Shown: positions 34,991 through 47,861, counted from the whole stretch's first letter. The stretch is DNA of 55,830 nucleotides, filler included, from Sphacelaria rigidula (GCA_964200075.2; 6 parts of 6 records of this genome joined end to end with filler, not necessarily neighbours in it); one strand, 5' to 3'. Notes: generated by a model from the letters alone, not told the origin. Program-made: numbers and translations.

Positions 34991-35997
34991 ATAGTATTAC
35001 CCTTCCTGATATGGGGCCCTTCGGCCCGGCGTGCAGCTACTTAACGCTTGGATTTGTTCCTGTCTGCCCGACAAACAGCAGTTCGCAAAATTATAGTATA
35101 TGGCATTCCGGGAAGCAAGTCCTGTACGTGTACATGATGACAGGCACGGTAGTGGCTTGGACTAGTGCGGGACGACCTGGCGGTAATTTACCGGGAAACA
35201 GCTCGCGTCTCAGCGCCGGCTTGCTGCGGACCCTTGCGAATGTAGGGTGACGGCGATAACACGAACACGATTTTATGCTTCAATACAACTTTACGCTTTC
35301 GTGCAATGACACGTCAACATACCCCGGGTGCGTGCGGCAGACCTTCATTTCAGAGCCACTCCTAACAAGGGCCCACTCCGGTTTCACCGATGCGATCCAC
35401 GACCGCAACGTCACAAACACGGAAATACATTGAAATTGGAAGCGCCCTGGGCACAAGACAACCTATATTCTTTGGAATCAGATAAAAAAATCGGAACTGT
35501 TCTCCCCTACAAGGCTTGTACAGTTCTTGAGCATCGAATTCAAATAGCTACTGTACAGGCAGTGATTACAGCAACGAAATATTTGTCCGGGCTTGTTTGA
35601 CCTACTGTCGACTACTCTGCTTGAAAGCTATTCCTAGACAAGATGTTTCTGGTCAGCGCTTGATGGCGTGGATCACAAATGCAACGGTGAGCGTTTGATC
35701 ATATAACACCCTGCACACGTGGACAGATAGCACCCTGTGGAGGAGGTCTACAGGGTTTACGTACCCTGCGCGGTGTTTCTGGCGGGAATTTTACTGTACA
35801 GTGTTTTCCAGCGTAGCACAACAGGACGCTCCACAGGGTTTCTCTACGGTGGTCATGAATAGTGTGCATCACAGGATTCCGTCGCTCCGTGAAGAGTTCG
35901 TCGCTGCTGGCAATGCTGTGCAGTGTGTTCACGCACAAACACTACCCTCCACATGCAGCAGCGGGCGCAAGCTACTGGCGGAAAAAAGAACTGATTA

Positions 35998-36070
35998 GGG
36001 TTAGACGGGGAATCGAACCCACCGTTTCATCGTTATATAGCCAACCGGTAACATACTGAGCTACGCATGG
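35998..36070 (-). mobile_element. tRNA-derived SINE head (Pol III A/B boxes)
   Basis: Minus strand TAGCTCAGTAT ... GGTTCGATTCC. No convincing cloverleaf. Confidence 0.5.
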
Positions 36071-36284
36071 TACTCGTTGTGGGTGGAATGTATTCTTTGT
36101 ACTCCTGAATTTTGGGGCCCTTGAAGGTCTGTGTCAACAACATTGAAATCCCCCGAATTGTTTCTAGAGGCACACCTGCAATGGAAATCTGGAATTTGGA
36201 CAGCCTCTGCTGTTCGAAATAAATCCTAATTCCAAACTTGGAATAGGGCAAAAAGGGTTCGTTCGAAATATCAATCCTAATTCC

Positions 36285-36459
36285 CCTCAGCCTGCTATGT
36301 CGTTCTGTTCGACCCCTCTTTCTTTTTCTTTTTTTCTGTTCCTATTGTTTTCTGTCCCTTTTCTTTTTTTTTTCCTTAGAGCGTGTTTGAATTCCGTTTT
36401 TCTCGAGTACGTCTATCATGAGACCACGGCTGGACCCCTGTTGGGTCAGTTAAAGTGCG

Positions 36460-36502
<43 letters not shown>
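36285..36502 (+). mobile_element. 5'-truncated retroposon 3' end with (CAAT)10 tail
   Basis: TAAAGTGCGA(CAAT)n is identical to 40271-40300. It interrupts a local ~49-bp duplication (TTCCAAACTTGGAATAGGG). Confidence 0.6.
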
Positions 36503-37188
36503 GTTCCAAACTTGGAATAGGGGGAAAAGGGTTCGTTTCGAAGAGCTTAAGCTGTGCAGATAATCTCATATACACTATATATAGCAGATGGAATTTGTAC
36601 ACCGCCAATACCTGAAATTGGGTGGAGAAAGAACTTGCTCGCGAGCAGCTTCAGCTGTTCAAGTCCCGCATACTGCACGCAAGCTTTTGTTGCAGCTGAC
36701 GTAATAATAACGGAACGCAATTTACCTCGGTTATGAATGCACATACCTGATGAAAAACCCGCAGTCCCGTCTCGACGAAACTAAAACAATATACAGGGAA
36801 TAATGAAACATCTCATCGCGCAGTTGATACTGCGTATTCGGGATATATATTCACAACAATAAACTGTACTGGACTGTACAACACCATTGCATGCGGGACA
36901 GTGCGCTAAACCGTGCTTATATGTGTGGCGCCATGTACTGCAGATGGCTGGCTATATATACAATGTAGGTGCCTGCAGCTTAGTTTGATATATGGGGGTG
37001 TTATATACCGTCACGAACTACACGCGCGCGTCCCACAGCATATGCGCATCGCACAGCTGCTGCAGCACAGTAAGTAGGGCGTGAAAGGGAAGGGGGAAAG
37101 TACAGCACAGACAGCTGTAGCCCAAAATGGTGCCAAGCCATTGCGTTTATCATGTAGGATGCTGGGTGATGATTATGTGATAGGGTAC

Positions 37189-37288
37189 NNNNNNNNNNNN
37201 NNNNNNNNNNNNNNNNNNNNNNNNNNNNNNNNTTAATTAATTAANNNNNNNNNNNNNNNNNNNNNNNNNNNNNNNNNNNNNNNNNNNN
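37189..37288. other. Artificial contig linker
   Basis: N44-TTAATTAATTAA-N44. Confidence 0.98.
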
Positions 37289-38799
37289 CCCGGACCCCCT
37301 GAAATAGTTTTAAGAAGGTCGGGGGGCATGAGGTCATCCATATGAAATTCATTGGTCATGACTTTAGGTCAGGGAAAGCACTGTTTTCGAGTTGAAATTC
37401 ATCAAAATGTTGGACCTCAATAACGAATCCAGGCTGTTTTATGTTCGATGTTTAATCACAACCTGCCCAATGTACAGCGGTGCAATGATGGAAGGAATGT
37501 TTCGATGGTTGAAATGATAGTCCCCTTCCTCTTTACATAGCCCAACAAAACGAATCGTTCCTACTGTCACTCGTCGTCAGTGTTCCGTTCGTTAATGGAA
37601 CACGTGAAAACAACCGCCTTCCGATCAAAAGCCGGCTCTCAATCACAAGCTACACTCTCGATCTCACGAAAACCTTGTCATTGATCGATCATGTGTTTTT
37701 CCCAGGGCTGCGCACGATGCACTTTGTCAAGAGACATACGGCGGCCATGCTCCTTGCTCTGGGGCCAAAAGCGATGCTATATGTCTCACACCCCAACATC
37801 TCAATCACATCGCAAAATTGCACGCCCCTGTATTAGGTCGCCTCCATATGGTCGACTCAGCTTGTTTGACTGGTATTGCATAACTAGTGTGGTGAGTGAT
37901 TTCGTTTGTCTGCCATGAGTAGGTCTAACCTGGGAAGACGGCTGCATTCGTAACGATCAGTGAATCTACGGCAATCAATCAGATAATCACCGGTAGGTGC
38001 AATTGTGCAGGTGAATGGATGGCAGGTGGAGTCACATGGTTTTACCGCTGGGTCACTAACTCACATCAGGCTGCAAAGTTGTTGATTACTCCCGTCATAC
38101 TTTCATCTCCACCCCCCTCTCCCCCAGGACTACTCCGTAGTACCAGGGGATTACCCTATATCTCCTACGGTACGTGTATGCCATCGTGGCATGGTGGCAT
38201 TGAGGATTCGATTGGCACTCCTGCACCGCATTGAGTTACATCAAAACACACCTTCTTTGCTACGCGCATCTCTCTTCACGTTTGTAACGACGGAATGCAA
38301 AATCTCTGCTCATGCTGCGATAGCCCTCCTGGTTTAAGGAGTCAACACCTACATGGAAGTCAAGATGACAAACACCGAGGAACTCCCGCGCTTGGGATCG
38401 TTTTGTCGCCAATGGCATCCGTATGAGGCGTTTTGTTCAGTCTGCAGCCAGCCATCATGCGTTGTATGCCCATTTTCTTCGTCACAGTTTTGTGGCTGTC
38501 ATTTTTTTTTTCTGGGGGGGGGGGGCTACCGCGGCATCACTCCCAAGAAGGAAACAACCTCGAATCTGTCGGGATTAGAACAAAATCTTCCATCCTCACC
38601 GATCTAGTATGTGTCCATAAGACCACCGGTGCGCGGTAGAAGTTCAGTCCCACACTTGAGAAATATAAAATAGTATCATTCAGTTACCATCTGGACCCAC
38701 AGAGTTATCAGGCATCCTGCAAGTACCGTTCAGGCAGTTGTACAGAGAAATTTACTCACTGCTTCTCATCTAATACGAAGTATAGATTACCACGTGGCC

Positions 38800-40303
38800 G
38801 TCAGGAACGAGCACACGTACGCGTTCCTGTATATGACACCAAATGACACATCAAAAGACACCGAATGATGAATGACCACAACGAACTGCATACATCAACG
38901 CAGCTTTGACGATACAAAAAACTCATGCGAAATAGACATGCCGCCAGCATACCAAACATGCTGTGATGCGAGCGTACCGAAAATATCAAAAGGACCCCAG
39001 ACCCGATGAATCATGTTCTAATATTGCTGAAATCACACGGTGACCAGTGGTGTATGAAGAAGAGATTTGCGATCAAGAATCTGGCGAAAAAAACACATCT
39101 CAATAGAACGTGGGGAAAAAGGAACATTACACACGACCAACTCTGCGAAAAACTCCGAGTTCGGCACCATCGCCAGCGTTTACCCGACCAAGCAAAACAT
39201 CTACATGGTTCATCGTACATCGTACCATGCTTTCTCACAAGTTCACTAAATGAAAACTCCCTCTTCAGAGGCAAATCCGTATACTTCGACTTGTACGTAG
39301 CAGTAACGAGGTTACAGCGACAGACTGAAACTAACGGTGGTGGTAAAATCTTGTACAAATAACGCTTGCCCCTGCCTGCCTACTTGTGGTGCGTCGTTCG
39401 CCCAACCGACAGTAGGAGCAGGCGTTTTCCCCACACCACATAAGTCAACAACAAGTCGGCAGCTTCGCCATCTAAGGGTCAAAATATCTACGTGCATGCT
39501 TTCCTTTCCTACACAGTGAACAAACAAACAACGTGTTCTCGTTGACCAAACTACTCGTAGCTTCAGCTACAAGGGCTTCGAAGTGGCATATGGGTAGATA
39601 AAATTCAACGAGCACCATTGGAGAGGGAGGAGAAAAATGACTCCCACCTTTTCGAACGGTCGAAAGCACCTATTATGGAAGTTTCGATCGGTCGCGAAAA
39701 CCATCACACGTCGGCTGATGCCGTCTACGGTCTGTGCGGCGGGGTAACGTATCACCACGGAGGATGTCACTTCCGAAAAAAATACCGCATGATAAAATGT
39801 ATACTCGAAAAAAATGTCGGCAATACCTTCATCATCCGCGGAATGACTTCAGATAGATGGAAGAGACATCGGCCGAACAAAACAAAACAATAACCTTCAA
39901 TGAGACGAACAGAAATCTTCACGCCACTATTTTATAGCAGGAAACAAAACGCAAAACTTCTTCGGATGAGTCTCCCCAAGATTCCCCCCGCCTCCCGCGT
40001 CACCTTCATTGAGTTTTCTCCTTCCCTGAAGCAAGCACGATGTGACAAAATCTGTTAACTCAAAAACATCAGCAGCAGAGGCACCAGTGTATCATCTCCA
40101 CCGCTGACACCACAACCACCACAACACCCAACCGATAGAATCCATCCAAGTTGCAGAAGTGCCGCCACCGCCCCCCCTTGACCCCGCCCTACCTCCCCCC
40201 TCGCTAATGATAAATGCAAAAATCCAACCTCCTATCGTATGTATCGAAACATGTTTTGCCCGTGCCTATCTAAAGTGCGACAATCAATCAATCAATCAAT
40301 CAA
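38800..40303 (+). mobile_element. Highly decayed LINE 3' portion ending in TAAAGTGCGA(CAAT)5
   Basis: Shared tail motif and A/C-rich broken frames (NITHDQLCEK..SEFGTIASV) loosely resembling post-RT LINE sequence. Left boundary uncertain. Confidence 0.4.
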
Positions 40304-40982
40304 ATTAACATCAGAACATGTGACCGACTCATGCACGTAGCGCGAGCGAGAGCTCAACAAAAAGCAATCGTGTTTATGAAAGCTGTCAAAATTTTCATGC
40401 TGCTGCATACACACACATAAAGGGGAGTGCGGGATAACACGCGGATCATTCACACAACAACATACTTGTATGCACACACGCCCGCTCCCTGCATGGCGTT
40501 TCTCGCGCTCCACAACCAATGGACACACACTTTTGACGTGTAGCGTACGAAATGTACTGTCATTTTCCTCTGTGATGCAGTGGACTTCCTTTTCCTCAAA
40601 ATCGTTGCGTCCCTTCCCAGGTCCGTGCACACAAAAAATATCTCGGGAGCGTTCGATTCGAAAGTAAACCCTCCCTGCAAGAGTATGACAATCGAAGTGC
40701 ATCCGGGGATCACGACCAAGCTGGGCGGGGCGAGCGATTGCGGAATCACCGGAGATATCCAAGGGCCGAGACACCCTCGCTAATCGGAATAATAGTAAGC
40801 ATCCGTCAGGTACGTGCTGACAACGCCAGCGTCGAGCACTAGACGGCCATGAATAGCTCCCTCTAACGAAGCATTAAGTGGATATCCGAATCATGCCCGG
40901 TACCCGTGAGTCAAACCGATAACGCGAAGCCCAACCGCGGCAAGGTTCTCATCATCACCAAGGACTTACCGTGGAGGATACA

Positions 40983-42351
40983 TCAAGCGTAATGATCTTC
41001 CTTGGTGGCAAAATCCGTCATCTTTGCCCTCTTCGACGTGGTCTGGATTCCTTCCGATTCCTCGTCAAGTAATTCATCCACATCAGTAGCAAGAGTACCT
41101 TCCCTCCCCACGCCGACACCATCAACCACTTTCGTATTTTCAGTGCCCACGCCCATAACTGCTGAAGCAGTAACGCCTCCGTCGATAACAGCAGGGGAAA
41201 CCTGATCCGTCGTCCAATCCTCAATAATACCACCTCCACCTCCTCCAGTTAGAGAAGAATCCGTGCCAATGCCAGCAATCCCTGAACCGGCATTGTTTTC
41301 GCCACACCCGACACGGAGCCCGTTGTTATCCTGGACTACATGCCGCCCACTTTCGACCGTGCCACCTTGTCCTTCCGGACACCCTGCGGTAGCTACAGCA
41401 CCATCACCTACACCAGCCGCACCACCACCACATTCCCCATGTCCATGAAGTTCGCTCATCTCAGGGTTTCTCAAGCTCCCGTCATTTCCCAGATAATCAT
41501 CGTGACCATTGCAGGATAAATCGCTCTGGGCGCGGTCTTCACTAATCGTGGTGCCGTCGCTGTCACAGTCAGGAGTTGGGCGGTCGGCACTTGGAGCCCG
41601 ACCGTTACTGCTTGGGCACAGACCGCTGTTGGCGAGAGCCTGGTCTACAATGATGGAACAACGCCCGTGTCCACTGGGTTCGGAACTACTTGCAAGGTTT
41701 CCTGAGCTCTGGCCATCCCCGAGACGCTTCTCATGACCATTGCAGACTTTTTCGCCGTAGGCGCGATCATCGCTGGCGCTTGCACGTATGGCAACGGCAT
41801 CGCCGTCACAAGCAGAAGATGGGTGACCGGCATGGTAACCCCGGTCGTTGTTGCTGGAACATTTGTCGCTAGTGGAGGAAGGTTGGTCGTCACTGGCAGA
41901 ACGGTGCCCATGTCCATCTACTTCGCCGCCACTCGCGGGGCTTCGCGAGCTGTTGCCATCCTCGGGACGCTTGTCGCCGCGATTGCAGGCTAGCTTGCTG
42001 TTGGCAGTTGTACGAGTAGAAGTGGCGTCGCCAACACAGGCGGAAGTTGGACGGTCGACACCGGAGGCCTTACCGTTGCTACTGGAAGATTGGCCGCTAC
42101 TGGCTGGAGGTTGGTCGTTAATGTTTCCAGGAGGACGTTTACTCGCCTGGGCAGCCTTGATCACGTCCTGATTGTGATGTTTTTCTTCAGAGGTCTTGGC
42201 TGTTGTTGCCTGGGCTTCATCAGAAACCATCTTCTTTTTCTTGCGCTCGCGGAGGCAGAGCACGACACCGCCCTCTACGTCATCTTCCGCAGGTGGCGGG
42301 TGCTTTTGCAGGTACCTCGCCAAGTGCGGCCAGAACACTCGAGACACCGTG
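40983..42351 (-). CDS. RNase III/Dicer-like protein, last coding exon (end of RNase III domain plus long repeat-containing tail)
   Basis: Acceptor CACCAG|C at 42352-42353 in phase 2 with the previous exon. Reads (S)TVSRVFWPHLARYL, then ~440 aa open to TGA at 40983-40985. Confidence 0.8.
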
Positions 42352-43317
42352 CTGGTGAGGTTTGACAATGTACGGACAAAAAACACGGAACGAGAAAGGA
42401 CACGAGATTTTAAGGAGAATCATGCAGCCCACGCTTCACCGCACCAGGTAACGGCGGAGGGGTAATGTACAGAAACAAAGTACACACCCACAACCTAACC
42501 ACGGTTGGAACGAGTCAGAGTTTATACGAGTTGACTCCTCATGAAATGACAGGATTCTACCTCTATGAATTGTTGATCCCGCTGAGTCGAGGGTGGATAA
42601 CACATGTGCAGCGCAGGCATCTTGCGCCTTATTACAGCTGGGAGAAAAATACGCGTGATTCAGGGCTCATGGAATGACAAGATTCGAACTGTATAAAATG
42701 TCGGTTCAGCATTCACCCGAAGGTGGGAAAAATATACGGGCGCTCACCTCGAACGACTCGGTCAAGCAAGTTGTACATGACGTTCCCCCCTCATGATGGT
42801 GAGAAGTGCGTGGCATGTACCATCGATTCATTCAAACTGCAGTGCAGTGGGTGACTACGTGCCCATTATTTACCCGGGTATTCACGGAAGGTAGGAAACA
42901 GGCACCTTTGACTTGTCTTGCACGACGCATGAGCTGAAAAGCTGCATAAAGTACAAATGATATACGAATCGTATGATTTATTCTATGGAATGATGAATAA
43001 GAGTTGAATCACGAGTTTAGTCGTCCTAACCATGAACTTGACAGAACATTTTCCGCTCGAACGCGAGTTGATCATAACGCACAGAACAAATATCGAGGTG
43101 AAGGACGTCGAGGGAACAGTGCGCTATAAAGCCTGTTTCGGTGAAGGGATAAGGAGACGAGCGCACACGGCGACGGCACAAGAAGCAGGGGAGAATGAAG
43201 CAGAAGGTGGAGGATGACTGCTACATGCATCCCGGCGTGCTCAAGGGGTACAATAAACAACGGTAGTTCAGTCCTTTCAGCCTCTTGTACACGCACCAAG
43301 TGATTCGCAAAACTCAC

Positions 43318-43445
43318 CTCATGTCGCAGGAGCAGTCGAGGAACACCGCCGCAATGAGTGCCTCGAGGACATCGGCGGGGTGCTTTGGTGGGGTGGCATT
43401 TTGGTTTACAGGGCCATTCGCCCCACTCTCAGCGTTTATATTGTT
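43318..43445 (-). CDS. RNase III/Dicer-like protein, exon with catalytic DxxE helix
   Basis: GGCAG| ... |GTGAG, 128 bp. NNINAESGANGPVNQNATPPKHPADVLEALIAAVFLDCSCDM matches the RNase IIIb PK..(G/A)D..E.l.gAv.lDs motif. Confidence 0.88.
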
Positions 43446-44029
43446 CTGCCAGAGCGAAAAAGGGATATGTATTTATACATAAGGAGAGCAGACGAAATAC
43501 AAGAGAAGCAAACGACCCGTTGCACCCATCAAGCTATCAACATAAATAGAGAGGGTGAGGGTTAGGTAAAAAAGCATCAGCTGGACTCCACAGTACTTTT
43601 ACACCTGTTCATCGTAGCGACATCAAAAGCCAGACCTAAACAAGCGCATTCCCAACCCAAACACGCGCCTCGGATCATACTCGAGGAGCTGCTTGCCCCA
43701 AACGATCCGTTATCGGGGACATAATCCAAGAGCTACCCACACGTTTCATCGTGGGTAGAGACGACTTTACCAACAAGATATGACTCTTCCGCCGTCGGCA
43801 ACTCCGCCAAGAAACGAGCAGAAGTAAATGAAAATATGAAAGACAACAAGCGTATTTGTAGCCATAAAGAACATTTTATGCCGTCCAGGAATCTTGGTTT
43901 CTGGCGAGCGACAGACACAAGGGGGGCACCGAACTCAGTGCTCCTTGCCCCTTGATCATATGTAACCACAAAAAGCGGCGATGGGACCAAACGCTCATAT
44001 AAATTCGCGGGGTCCTCTCGAACACTTAC

Positions 44030-44140
44030 CTCGATGAAGGAGTGGATATTTCCAAGGATCTTGGGCGAGGCTCTTAGCACGTGATGTAGGTTGAGCCCGA
44101 GAGCAATTACCCATAAGCTGGCGTTACACACGAGGCTCGA
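44030..44140 (-). CDS. RNase III/Dicer-like protein, internal exon
   Basis: CACAG| ... |GTAAGT, 111 bp, phase 0-0. SSLVCNASLWVIALGLNLHHVLRASPKILGNIHSFIE matches the RNase III S.LV.N..l...a....l...l segment. The upstream ERLEFLGD exon was not found in this contig. Confidence 0.85.
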
Positions 44141-46509
44141 CTGTGCCAAATCATTCGGAGAACAGCGGCAGCAGAGGCATCAGAATGATGAATAAAATGT
44201 TTCTTGGAAAAGCGGAGGACATGACAGTGCACCTGCGGGCTTATTCCAGCAACTTACGTCGGCGAATACGTTGAACAAGATCGAGTATCTCTCAGGAGGA
44301 GTGCAATCGACGAGTCCTGCACTTGCACAGTGAGCAAATATGAATCAAGTTGGAGAGATAGTGGGCAGCGTGCCACGCCAGCAGCGGGAAGGAAACAAGG
44401 CGAAAAAACGGAAACATTCAAGAGAGCCCGTCTCATGAACACATCCCATCGAAAGCCCACCCCCTTCGTTGTGTTTCCCGCTGCAAGCATCTCCAGCGCA
44501 AAAAATAACCGATTTCCACACTGCGTCAGAGTTCACAAGGCCATGTACAAATGTCCTGCAGCGACCTGAGTACTTGCGTCGTTGTCGCTGCTGCTGTGGG
44601 TTGATGTACACGAACCATCGGAAGCAAGAGGTGCGTGTTACATCAGTGGCTCCGCGAGGTTACGCGGTAAATACACTACATAGCGTCGTTTGCCAGGATG
44701 TATGTCAATCGATCAGTAACGCGTTCCTTCCATCTATGTGCGTATTGTAGCCCTGTGTCCCTTCTGCTTTCCGCCGTTCGATGTAATTAAGGAGCAAGGG
44801 GTACCAACCTGCTGTTCGTGTTGGGCAGTACGTGTCACGGAAACGGATTCATGCCAGCACCAGGGGCATGATTGTGCGAGGTAGCTCACGGCTTGACGTA
44901 AGAAACTACCGCCCAACCTCGATGTCATGCTCAAAACGACACGCTTCAAACGTTGCAAATCAGCCATGGTGCACCGCACGCCGCATGCCACGGCTGCGTG
45001 GTGCGGGCAGCGCGCAGCGTGAACACCGGTTGGCGATGATTCAATGTTGGTATCAATCGGTCGGTGGCCCCTTCACATGTACCATTTCGTCCCACCCCTG
45101 TAGTTGTGACAAAACGCAATCATGTCACCTGTTGGCGCAGTGTGCAGCTCGGTACGCGGTCTTGCGAGTTCGACATGGCACGTGCGGCACACATATGTGG
45201 AAGATGGAACATAGCCATACGATACACGGTACACATCAATCCGCACGCCGTCGCCACGCGAAACTGACGACAGAGTTCACATTCCCTCTTCTTCACCGGG
45301 TTTTCCTCCCCGAACCTGACTGGTTTTCTACGCCCAGTTGCTATCAGAACGCGCGAGCTTGACATATAAGTGTGCTGATGATTTTGCAAGGTAAAAACTA
45401 CGCATAGTTTGTTTGTTCAAAGCCCGATATTGGCCGAGTGCACCCACCAGCATTTTTCGTATAGATGGGATGCTGGTCCCACGCACACACTTTTTCCCTG
45501 CTAGATAGATATATTCCAAGAGCGTTTGCCAGGCTGTACGGGGGCTACAGCAGCGGATCTTGCTGCATGTAGCGTCCAACGCCGGCAAGGTGTACCGGGC
45601 TACTTGTTTTCGATCTTTACTCGATCATCGTTTTGGACCCAAGGGCCTCAAAAAGCGCACAGCCGTCATTATTTCTACACATAGTTGCAGGTCAACGAGG
45701 CTTTAGTTTAGGTCTTACCCCACATCAAGAGCAAAGGAAGTGCACAGAACAGACTCCAGAGAGTACCCAAAAATGCCGCGCCGCTAACCTCAGCAATGCA
45801 AAGGGCGGCACAGCTTTTCTTGCTGGTGTTGCTGATTTCCGACATTGCGAACCGTACGCACAGCACCCAAACTCCCTCAGGAGAGAGCGTGCTGTACTGC
45901 TGTGCATCAAACCGCCATTTCCTGGTATTCGATGGTCTGGAGAACTGACTTGATGGGGATTATTCTGCATTTATATCCGTTGAAGGAACACCCCAAGCCC
46001 GTAAAAAAATCGCTTGTCAAGCAGGGTCCACCCCGAATCGCGGTGCCTCCGTAGGCCTGCTTAGCAAGCTGCTATTCATCTTGTGGTTGCTCAATTCCAG
46101 CAAAAGGCCATGATAACGCGGTGCACACACAGACAGTAGGGCACAGTATCATCGAAGCGCACAACCCTGAATGCAAAGTAACAAAAACTACAAATGTGCA
46201 TGTAGTGATATTTGTAGTATAGACACAAACACGACGGCAGCATCGTTATTTTCAACCATGAGTCCGTTGTGTGTAAACACCCGCAAAATGATTAGAAGCC
46301 CCCTGGTCGAACCGGACCAAACCTGATGCGAGGTGCTCGCATGAGATCCGTTCAGATGGTGCCTGTTGATCTACCCGTCTCATTTGTGGTGTTTTGGTTG
46401 AGCTAGGCAAAGGCGCAGACAGGCAGCGAGCGCAAGCGTCCACGGTTAGGACAAATAATGATTCATCAGAAAATTACTTGGTTTTAGTATAATAAGTTGA
46501 CTCGTGATG

Positions 46510-46609
46510 NNNNNNNNNNNNNNNNNNNNNNNNNNNNNNNNNNNNNNNNNNNNTTAATTAATTAANNNNNNNNNNNNNNNNNNNNNNNNNNNNNNNNNNN
46601 NNNNNNNNN
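46510..46609. other. Artificial contig linker
   Basis: N44-TTAATTAATTAA-N44. Confidence 0.98.
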
Positions 46610-47415
46610 ATAAGCTAAATGTGTTTTTTTTTTTTTTTTTTTTTTGGGTGGATGTTGTGGGTTTGGGTGGGGGGGGGGGGGGGGGGGGGGGGGCTATCGT
46701 GGAAAGTGTCATACTATACTCGTAGATGAACGGGAAGGCTCTGATCTGTATAGAGCGATAGGTTGCGGGCGGTGAGAATGTTCTTCGGTGCAGTCGAGAC
46801 AAAATTTTGTTCTGTACGGCCGACGAAAACCTGAGGTTCGGTTCGGTTCGGTTAGGTGTACTGCAGTGTCAATCATTAGAGTTCTACTATAGCAGATTAC
46901 CTTCTGATGCAAACAAACTACTTGGTATCGGGTGTGATTCAAACTACGCGGTGGTGAATACGCTACAAAAGCGAGTGGGCGAGCGGTAGCGAGGCTGGCG
47001 TGGGTATTGCCGTTGTACACTGTGGTGGATAGTGGAGTATGACCTTACGCCTAGATCTGTGGTACACTTCGAACATTCGTCTAGCAATGGGATCGGCTCA
47101 AGTGGCGCTTCATGCTGACTTGCGTGCGCGGCATTCTCGCAACTATGTGTTAATTATAAATGTACATATACACGCACACGACAGCCCTGGGGTTTCTGAT
47201 GTGTTTGTAATCGCTGCTGCATTTCTTACGTGATACTTCTTGGTTCACAGTAGAGCGATACAGTGGTCCACTCAGCTAGTGGCAGTGGTGAAGGCGGCGT
47301 GGCACGCACAGCAACGGCATAGCCATCTGATATACCAATATCGCGCAAATCGGGGGGGGGGGGCATAAACCTTCACCAAAAACAACGTTTCCGCCAGCAA
47401 CAGCAGCAGGATCAC

Positions 47416-47570
47416 CTGACGTGGGCTCGTCCAGGATGCACAGGGTGGGGGAACCAGTCAAGGCGAGAGCAACAGAGAGTTTGCGCTTCTGGCCGCCAGA
47501 AAGGCTGGATGACAGGCTGTGCTCTTTCTCCAGGAGTCCAACCTCCCGCAGTGTATCCGTCACCAACGAC
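47416..47570 (-). CDS. ABCA: ABCA transporter exon (ABC signature and Walker B)
   Basis: SLVTDTLREVGL...LSGGQKRKLSVALALTGSPTLCILDEPTS(G); CAG|...|GTGAT. Confidence 0.95.
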
Positions 47571-47861
47571 CTGCGCCAGTGGACGAAGCAACGGCCATCA
47601 TGAAAGCATTAGAGACCCGTGCAGATAACTGAGCAAGCTTGAGTACGAGCATTCATTATATGCTCGGTGCAGTGTCCATGCGTTAGTCGCTGTGCGGCCA
47701 CACGATATGCAATGTGGTCATCCTGCAGCAAGAGCTAGTCATTCACAGGACCGGGGACTGATGCTGGATAGACTACCTTTACCGTAACCAAAACATCAAA
47801 ATTTGATCACGACGACAGTCACGTCGACAGCATCACATGAATAACTACTACAATCACTCGC

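Noticed and set aside
35998..36070. tRNA gene (also 55540-55615 and 7916-7942)
   Set aside because: A/B boxes or a 3' end only, with no complete cloverleaf. Better explained as SINE heads and a PBS.
44258..44316. Additional upstream exon of the RNase III gene (LVDCTPPERYSILFNVFAD)
   Set aside because: Splice sites and end phase fit, but the peptide does not resemble the expected PG.LT..R segment before S.LV.N. Unsupported without RNA data.
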